In this document: positions 57,895 through 64,000 of the stretch, one piece after another
Layout: each line of letters starts with the position of its first letter
Numbering within the stretch: position 1 is the first letter of the stretch
From: Dehalococcoidia bacterium
GTDB taxonomy: Bacteria; Chloroflexota; Dehalococcoidia; Dehalococcoidales; UBA3254
Direction: 5' to 3'
DNA length: 64,000 bases
Assembly (NCBI GenBank): GCA_025361145.1
Contig: JANYAV010000014.1
Location: forward strand, 84,741-148,740
Program-made: the position numbers and the translations under genes
The notes under the pieces: generated by a model
Told to the model about the DNA's origin: nothing
Databases searched by the model: none
What the model saw: the letters and a program-made list of their open reading frames with translations, nothing else

Positions 57895-59398
57895 TCTCTA
57901 ACGGGGCCAGTGATAACACTAAATTAATCAAAGTGCGCACAGAAACCCCTGTGGCTCCTTTTTGGTAATAACCCTTGGCTTTATCGGTCATTGAAGTTCC
58001 AGCAATATCCAGGTGTACCCAGGGAGTGGTTTCGGCAAATTCCGCCAGAAACCAGGCGGCTGAGATAGTCCCGGCATACCGGCCACCGGAATTCTTTAAA
58101 TCAGCTACTTCACTTTTATTCAGCTCTTTATATTCTTCCTTCAGGGGCAATTGCCACATACACTCGCCTACTTTATCTCCAGCTGAGATTACTGTTTGCG
58201 TAAAGGTCTGATCATTGCCCAAAACCCCTGTACAAATATCTCCCAGCGCCACCCGGCAAGCGCCGGTCAAAGTAGCCACATCAATAATTTTCTTAGCACC
58301 AATTTTTCTGGCATAGCATATAGCATCAGCCAGAATAAGACGCCCTTCTGCATCCGTAGTTATTATCTCTACGGTTTTTCCGTTCTTTTGAGTGATTACA
58401 TCACCAGGACGCATGGCAGTTCCACTTGGCATATTCTCTGTGGCAGGTATAATAGCCGTCACGTTCAAGGAAGGTTTTAATTGGGCAATCGCGGTCATAG
58501 CAGCTATTACCGCCGCTCCACCTGCCATGTCCCCTTTCATATCACCCATGTTTTCTGAAGGTTTTATAGAGATGCCTCCAGAATCAAACGTGATCCCTTT
58601 CCCAACCAAAGCAATATCAAGGGTTTTCTTTTTGGAGCCGCTATATTTCAATAAAATGAACTTTGGAAGTTCATTGCTGCCCTGCGCCACGCCCAATAAC
58701 CCGCCCATTCCTTCCGCTTGCATGAAATCCTTCTCGAATACTTGTATATCAAAATTATATTTTGAGGCAAGGGTTCGTGTGATTTCGGTCAAAATTGACG
58801 GAGTCATATAGTTGGCTGGCTCATTTACCAGATCACGAGCTAAACTTACCGCTTGGGCGCAGATTATTCCTTTGTTTACTCCACTAGTAAATAAATTAAG
58901 GTTTAATTTCTTTGGTAATATTATGTTAAGTGTATCTATCTCTTTTCTATCCGGTTTTTTAGAAATGTGTTTATTAAAGCAATAGACACCCAGCAAAGCA
59001 CCTTCGCTCATCGCCTGTCCCAATTCAGAATTATCAAATCCTGCTATATCAGCAAGATAAGCTATTTCTAAAGAGCTATTACCATTTTTACTCTGTATAT
59101 ATTGGCATATTTCTGCTATACAGATTCTAATTTTGTCCAGAGTCACTTCACTTTTTTTACCCAGGCCGATGATTAACACTTTAACGGCGGCAATTTTACC
59201 TAAAGTAAAAATAGGGGTTATCTCTTTAAATTTACCTTTAATCTCCTTCTGCTTTATCAATCTGGAGATTTCTCCGTCCAGCGCCGAATCTAATTTGGCA
59301 AGTTGTCCACTTAATCCATCCTCATCTTCAAACACATTGACCACAATAACTTGAGCATCATATTTAATAATGTTACCTGAGGAAATTTTGATTTTCAT
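57887..59398 (-). CDS. pepA: leucyl aminopeptidase (M17)
   Basis: The TDAEGRL and NTGGRYAGT-like motifs are present. The ATG at 59398 has AGGAGG upstream. The ORF track extends to 59422. Confidence 0.9.
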   Translation of the reverse strand: MKIKISSGNIIKYDAQVIVVNVFEDEDGLSGQLAKLDSALDGEISRLIKQKEIKGKFKEITPIFTLGKIAAVKVLIIGLGKKSEVTLDKIRICIAEICQYIQSKNGNSSLEIAYLADIAGFDNSELGQAMSEGALLGVYCFNKHISKKPDRKEIDTLNIILPKKLNLNLFTSGVNKGIICAQAVSLARDLVNEPANYMTPSILTEITRTLASKYNFDIQVFEKDFMQAEGMGGLLGVAQGSNELPKFILLKYSGSKKKTLDIALVGKGITFDSGGISIKPSENMGDMKGDMAGGAAVIAAMTAIAQLKPSLNVTAIIPATENMPSGTAMRPGDVITQKNGKTVEIITTDAEGRLILADAICYARKIGAKKIIDVATLTGACRVALGDICTGVLGNDQTFTQTVISAGDKVGECMWQLPLKEEYKELNKSEVADLKNSGGRYAGTISAAWFLAEFAETTPWVHLDIAGTSMTDKAKGYYQKGATGVSVRTLINLVLSLAPLENV

Positions 59399-59431
59399 GC
59401 AGCCTCCTAAAGGATTAGTCATAAATGTTAT

Positions 59432-60700
59432 TTATCTATCAAATTTACCGAATATCAAACAACCGTTTGTACCACCGAATCCGAAAGAGTTGGATAAAAC
59501 GGTCTTGACTGTCGCCTTACGCGCCACCTGAGGCACATAATCCAAATCGCAATCAGGATCAGGATTCTCTAAATTAATAGTGGGCGGGATAATTCCATTG
59601 TTAATCGACAAAATACTGACGATAGCTTCCACCGCCCCGGCGCCACCCCATAAATGTCCCAGCATGGATTTGTTAGCTGTAATCGGAATCTGTTTTGCGC
59701 GCGTTCCAAACAGTTTTTTGATAGCCCTGGTTTCAGTCTGATCGTTGATCAAGGTTGAAGTCCCATGGGCATTTATATTGTCAATATCGTCAATCGAAAG
59801 TCCTGCGTCTGTGATTGCCAGTTTCATACAATCGGCTGCGCCTATCCCTTCTGGTTCTGGAGTAGTGATGTGATAAGCATCGCAATTATTACCATAACCC
59901 AATATTTCAGCATAGATATGAGCGCCCCTTTCTAAGGCAGAGTTCAATTCTTCTAAAACCAACATACCGCTGCCTTCACTGCAAATAAAACCATCGCGTT
60001 CTTTATCGAATGGCCTGGAAGCTTTCGCCGGATCGTCGTTACGGGTAGACATGACTTTTAAAGAATCGAGCCCAGCAAAAATCACCGGACTAATTGGGGA
60101 TTCGGCTCCCCCCGCCAGCATTGCGTCAGCATGGCCATATCTAATGACTCTATAAGCTTCCCCAATTGAGTGTGTCCCTGCCGCGCACGCTGTCACCGAA
60201 CACATTAAAGGCCCTTTAGTTCCAAATTGAATGGCCATCTCTCCAGCAGCCAGGTTGCATATATAACTAGGAATAAAAAAGGGCGATACTTTATCCCTAT
60301 TCCCTTCCAACACCAGTTTGTGGCTTTTTTCAAAACTTTCAATACCGCCCATGGCTGTAGCCACTGATACGCCTGTCCGATTTGCCGTCGAATTTTGTAT
60401 TATTAATTTTGAGTCTTCGAGAGCCATACGTGCCGCGGAAGCAGAAAACTGAATAAAACGGCTGGTACGCCTGGCGGTCTTTTTATCCATGTAATTGGTA
60501 GGTTCAAAATCTTTAACTTCACCACCTATTTTTGTACGGCAGTTAGTAGTATCAAAGCGAGTAATTGGTCTTATCTCAGATTCACCCTTACATAGAGATT
60601 GCCAGTTCTTTTCAACGGTATTTCCTAGCGGAGTAAGCATGCCTAAACCAGTTACTACTACTCTTTTCCTATTATATGTATCCAAATTTTTACAGTTCAC
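59432..60700 (-). CDS. fabF: beta-ketoacyl-ACP synthase II
   Basis: 422 aa with Cys-His-His context (TACAAG, NAHGTST, GHLWG). Confidence 0.93.
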   Translation of the reverse strand: MNCKNLDTYNRKRVVVTGLGMLTPLGNTVEKNWQSLCKGESEIRPITRFDTTNCRTKIGGEVKDFEPTNYMDKKTARRTSRFIQFSASAARMALEDSKLIIQNSTANRTGVSVATAMGGIESFEKSHKLVLEGNRDKVSPFFIPSYICNLAAGEMAIQFGTKGPLMCSVTACAAGTHSIGEAYRVIRYGHADAMLAGGAESPISPVIFAGLDSLKVMSTRNDDPAKASRPFDKERDGFICSEGSGMLVLEELNSALERGAHIYAEILGYGNNCDAYHITTPEPEGIGAADCMKLAITDAGLSIDDIDNINAHGTSTLINDQTETRAIKKLFGTRAKQIPITANKSMLGHLWGGAGAVEAIVSILSINNGIIPPTINLENPDPDCDLDYVPQVARKATVKTVLSNSFGFGGTNGCLIFGKFDR

Positions 60701-60814
60701 TCCTTAAGCCAATTTTACTCGTACTTCAGGTAAAATTGACAACGACCTAGTATAATTTATTTTCGCTCATTTTAAAAGTTGGTCTATTATTATTTTGGCT
60801 ATATTTGCTGCTAG

Positions 60815-60830
60815 TATAATATTTATACAT
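60815..60830. repeat. copy 1 of the 16-nt direct repeat TATAATATTTATACAT (within the palindrome GTATAA-TAT-TTATAC)
   Basis: It is an exact match to 60959-60974. With G60814 it forms a perfect 6+3+6 inverted repeat. Confidence 0.85.
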
Positions 60831-60958
60831 ATGTCTTTAAAAGAAGTTCGAACTGTTATTTGTAGCTAATAAAATGTTGCTTAATAGCTAATTTTATTAT
60901 TTGGATGGTTAATGATGCTCTTGTAGATTTAATTTAAGAGTGGTAGAGCGCCTGTGTA

Positions 60959-60974
60959 TATAATATTTATACAT
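60959..60974. repeat. copy 2 of the 16-nt direct repeat TATAATATTTATACAT
   Basis: It is an exact match to 60815-60830, 144 bp away. A third degenerate half-site, GTATAATTATTATAT, follows at 60979-60993. Confidence 0.85.
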
Positions 60975-61075
60975 TGGTGTATAATTATTATATATTGGAA
61001 GTTATATAATGGTTTTAGCTATAATGATAATGTGTCTAATTACGCATCATCTGCTCACAAGGAGCAACCATTTTT

Positions 61076-61852
61076 GTGAAGATTGCTATCAGTGGAAAGG
61101 GTGGAGTAGGTAAGACTCTTCTCAGTGCTCTTCTGATCAAAGAATATTCCAGAAGAGGCTTTTCTGTATTAGCAATAGATGCCGATCCAGATACCAATCT
61201 AGCCTCCGCACTGGGCTTCCCTAATCCTGACAATATTACGCCCATTTCAGAGATGAAAGAACTCATCGAACAACGCACTGGCGTAAAACCTGGTCAACCT
61301 GGCTCCCTTTTCAAGCTAAATCCGCGGGTGGATGATATCCCTGATACATACTCAAAGATGCATGATGGAATTCGTTTGATGGTAATGGGCAAGGTTAAAC
61401 GCGGAGGCAGCGGCTGCTATTGTTCCGAAAACACTCTGCTTCAGGCTTTAATCACCCATTTGCTGGTAGTAAATAATGAGGTTGTGATACTCGATATGGC
61501 TGCCGGCATAGAACATCTAAGCAGAGCCACAGCCAAAGCAGTTGATAAGCTTCTCGTTGTTGTTGAACCTGGACGAAAAAGCCTTGAAACCGCGCTAAGA
61601 ATCAAACAACTTGCCAGCGACATTGGCATAGTTAACATCGCTGCTGTGGGCAATAAAATCAGAAATCCAGGCGACATTGATTTTTTAACGTCGAATTTAC
61701 CTGGATTTGTTTTTCTAGGTTTTTTGCCCTTTGATTCCTCAATTACTGAGGCTGAAATATCCGGTGGAAACGCCCTGGAAGCAAGTCAAACAATTTTACT
61801 TGAAATTGAATCTATTTTTACCCAGCTAGAGACTTCTCGTAACCCACAATAG
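61076..61852 (+). CDS. cooC: CooC/AcsF-type nickel-insertion ATPase (CO dehydrogenase maturation factor)
   Basis: 258 aa with the deviant Walker A motif GKGGVGKT and the CxC motif GCYCSEN. The start codon is GTG, with AAGGAG upstream. Confidence 0.85.
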   Translation: MKIAISGKGGVGKTLLSALLIKEYSRRGFSVLAIDADPDTNLASALGFPNPDNITPISEMKELIEQRTGVKPGQPGSLFKLNPRVDDIPDTYSKMHDGIRLMVMGKVKRGGSGCYCSENTLLQALITHLLVVNNEVVILDMAAGIEHLSRATAKAVDKLLVVVEPGRKSLETALRIKQLASDIGIVNIAAVGNKIRNPGDIDFLTSNLPGFVFLGFLPFDSSITEAEISGGNALEASQTILLEIESIFTQLETSRNPQ

Positions 61853-61858
61853 CCCGAG

Positions 61859-63646
61859 ATGGAGGAAGTGCCTTTGCCTTACGATACGAATAAGTTAAAA
61901 CAATGGCAGATTTCTGAATTGGCTGAAGTCAATATGCCAACCCCGGAAGAATGGCGAGATAAGTTGAATCTGCAAAAAGATGAACTAATCCCATACGGAA
62001 GAATCAGCAAACTTGATTTCTTAAAAATCATGAACAGATTAAACAATAAACCGGATGGGAAATATATTGAAGTTACCGCCATCACCCCTACTCCTCTGGG
62101 TGAAGGAAAAAGCACAACTTCGCTCGGTTTAATGGAAGGTCTCGGCAAGCGCAAACAGAATGTGGGCGGATGCCTGCGTCAGCCTTCGGGAGCACCTACT
62201 TTTGGCATTAAAGGCAGTGCTGCCGGTGGTGGAAATGCTCTTTTAATTCCGATGACTGAATTCTCCATGGGCTTGACTGGCGATATTAATGATATTATGA
62301 ACGCGCATAACCTGGCGATGGTAGCTCTTACTTCCAGAATGCAGCATGAACGCAACTATAATGACGAACAACTCGCCAGATTGAGCCATATGCGACGTTT
62401 GGATGTTGATCCCAATCGCGTTGAGATGAAATGGGTAATTGATTTTAACGCTCAAGCTCTACGTAACATTGTAATCGGCCTGGGGGGCCGCATGAACGGC
62501 TACACCATGGAGTCGGGCTACTCAGTAGCTGTCAGTTCCGAACTGATGGCTATCCTTTCTATCGTCAACGACCTGGCTGATCTCAGGAAGCGCATCGGCG
62601 AAATTACTGTTGCCTATGATAAGAGAGGTCAGCCCATTACTACTAGCGATCTGGAGGTAGCCGGAGCCATGGCCGCCTTTATGCGCAACACAATCAATCC
62701 TACTCTCTGTAGCACTGCGGAATATCAACCCTGTATGGTCCATGCTGGTCCTTTCGCCAATATCGCTGTTGGCCAATCGTCAATCATTGCTGACCGCATG
62801 GGATTAAAAATGTTTGATTATCATGTCACTGAAAGCGGTTTCGCCGCCGATATAGGATTTGAGAAATTCTGGAATATTAAATGCCGCTACAGTGGACTCA
62901 AGCCCAACGTGTCGGTCCTGACCACTTCCATCCGGGCATTAAAGATGCATGGTGGTGGGCCGAAAGTTGTCGCGGGGATTGAACTATCTGAAGAATATAC
63001 CAAAGAAAACATACCCCTTATTGAAAAGGGCTGCGAAAATATGCTGCACCACATCCGCACCATCCGGACTGCCGGGATTAACCCGGTCGTCTGCATCAAC
63101 CGTTTTCATACGGATACCAACGCCGAAGTCGCCCTGGTTAAGAGAGAAGCTGAAAAAGCCGGTGCACGCTGCGCGGAATCCACTCATTTTGCCAATGGCG
63201 GTGATGGCGCCTTGGAACTAGCTGACGCTGTCATGGATTCCTGCAAAGATAATAATAATTTTAAATTTCTATACCCAGTTGAGATGAAACTGCGAGACCG
63301 CGTTGAGAAGATTGCCAGGGTAGTCTATGGCGCTGATGGGGTCAGCTGGTCGTCTGAAGCAGCTGCTAAAGCGAAAACCTTCGAAGCTAATGCGAAATAT
63401 GATGATTATGCGACTATGATGGTGAAGACACAGCTTTCCTTGAGCCACGATCCTACTCTTAAGGGTGTCCCTAAAGGATGGACTCTGCCCATTCGTGATA
63501 TACTTGAATATTCCGGGGCTAAGTTCCTGTGCCCCATGGCAGGAGATATAACTCTCATGCCGGGCACCCCTTCAGATCCTAACTTCAGAAAAGTTGATAT
63601 TGATATTAAAACCGGTAAAGTTACAGGGTTGCATGATGTAACCTAA
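61859..63646 (+). CDS. fhs: formate--tetrahydrofolate ligase
   Basis: 595 aa with [10 protein letters not shown] and the overall FTHFS pattern. Confidence 0.95.
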   Translation: MEEVPLPYDTNKLKQWQISELAEVNMPTPEEWRDKLNLQKDELIPYGRISKLDFLKIMNRLNNKPDGKYIEVTAITPTPLGEGKSTTSLGLMEGLGKRKQNVGGCLRQPSGAPTFGIKGSAAGGGNALLIPMTEFSMGLTGDINDIMNAHNLAMVALTSRMQHERNYNDEQLARLSHMRRLDVDPNRVEMKWVIDFNAQALRNIVIGLGGRMNGYTMESGYSVAVSSELMAILSIVNDLADLRKRIGEITVAYDKRGQPITTSDLEVAGAMAAFMRNTINPTLCSTAEYQPCMVHAGPFANIAVGQSSIIADRMGLKMFDYHVTESGFAADIGFEKFWNIKCRYSGLKPNVSVLTTSIRALKMHGGGPKVVAGIELSEEYTKENIPLIEKGCENMLHHIRTIRTAGINPVVCINRFHTDTNAEVALVKREAEKAGARCAESTHFANGGDGALELADAVMDSCKDNNNFKFLYPVEMKLRDRVEKIARVVYGADGVSWSSEAAAKAKTFEANAKYDDYATMMVKTQLSLSHDPTLKGVPKGWTLPIRDILEYSGAKFLCPMAGDITLMPGTPSDPNFRKVDIDIKTGKVTGLHDVT

Positions 63647-63661
63647 AAACCAGGAGTATTC

Positions 63662-64000
63662 ATGTCAATCAAAAAGTATAGGGTAATTTTTCTCCCCGAG
63701 AACCTTGAAGTTCAGATAGAAAAGGGTAATACCCTTTTAGAAGCTGCCCTGGCCGCTGGTGTGCATATCAATGCCTCTTGTGGCGGTACTGGTGTTTGTG
63801 GGACCTGTAAAGTAAAAATCGTTTCGGGTGACGTGGAAAACGAACCTTCTCAGAAGCTCACTAAAGCGGAATTCGCTAAAGGGTACCGTTTAGCTTGCCA
63901 CAGCCATATAATTTCTGATCTTACAGTTGGGATTTTACCTGAATCCCGACTCGATAATGCAATTCAGGCCAGAGAAAATGCACTGTTGGCTAGGGTTTCT
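63662..64000 (+). CDS. 2Fe-2S ferredoxin-domain protein, probably the N-terminus of a corrinoid activation (RACo/AcsV-like) protein; 3' end lies outside the window
   Basis: Plant-type ferredoxin motif SCGGTGVCGTCKV...LAC. The frame stays open to the window end. The gene context is cooC-fhs. Confidence 0.65.
   Translation, partial: MSIKKYRVIFLPENLEVQIEKGNTLLEAALAAGVHINASCGGTGVCGTCKVKIVSGDVENEPSQKLTKAEFAKGYRLACHSHIISDLTVGILPESRLDNAIQARENALLARVS

Noticed and set aside
58392-58811. Long antisense ORFs inside large genes (for example 58392-58811, 15889-16332, 4137-4514, 30817-31164, 50178-50498, 54781-55122)
   Set aside because: Each lies fully inside a well-supported conserved gene on the opposite strand. 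None has a recognisable motif or SD. These are typical shadow ORFs.
60737-60757. TTGACA … TATAAT pair upstream of cooC
   Set aside because: Both hexamers are perfect but only 9 nt apart. That spacing is incompatible with a sigma70 promoter.

Overview
The window looks like a chromosomal core region of a low-GC anaerobe. The gene content (cooC-fhs-corrinoid-activator-like cluster, TrpB2, T-box leaders, Moco and Fe-S genes) suggests a Dehalococcoidia/Chloroflexota-like organism, but that is inference only. It is densely packed with housekeeping genes: ileS, gatCA, proBA, rph, hflX, miaA, tpiA, metXW, prfB, rpsP, an F1Fo ATP synthase operon, ispH, plsC, pepA, fabF and fhs. From about 22.7 to 60.7 kb almost every gene is on the minus strand. 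I found no CRISPR array, transposase, integrase, prophage or recognisable defence island, and no single obviously novel multi-gene system. The observations most worth follow-up are listed below. (1) Two T-box leaders, Ile and Trp. The Trp leader is followed by a strongly Shine-Dalgarno-led 14-codon uORF ahead of trpB2. (2) hflX and miaA both have conserved N-terminal segments that lie upstream of any ATG/GTG/TTG start codon. (3) An 8.4 kb co-directional cluster for sulfur trafficking, Fe-S and Moco. Its IscU-adjacent NifS paralog has lost the PLP Schiff-base lysine (GHK replaced by GNQ). (4) acs is embedded inside the atp operon between atpH and atpA and is followed by a GC-rich hairpin. (5) Candidate operators: a CRP-like 16-bp perfect palindrome and a repeated palindromic 16-mer upstream of cooC-fhs. 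(6) Smaller oddities: a membrane-tethered HNH nuclease, a CorA-like protein without the GMN motif, a radical SAM protein with Cx4Cx2C spacing, and several small ORFs missing from the ORF track.
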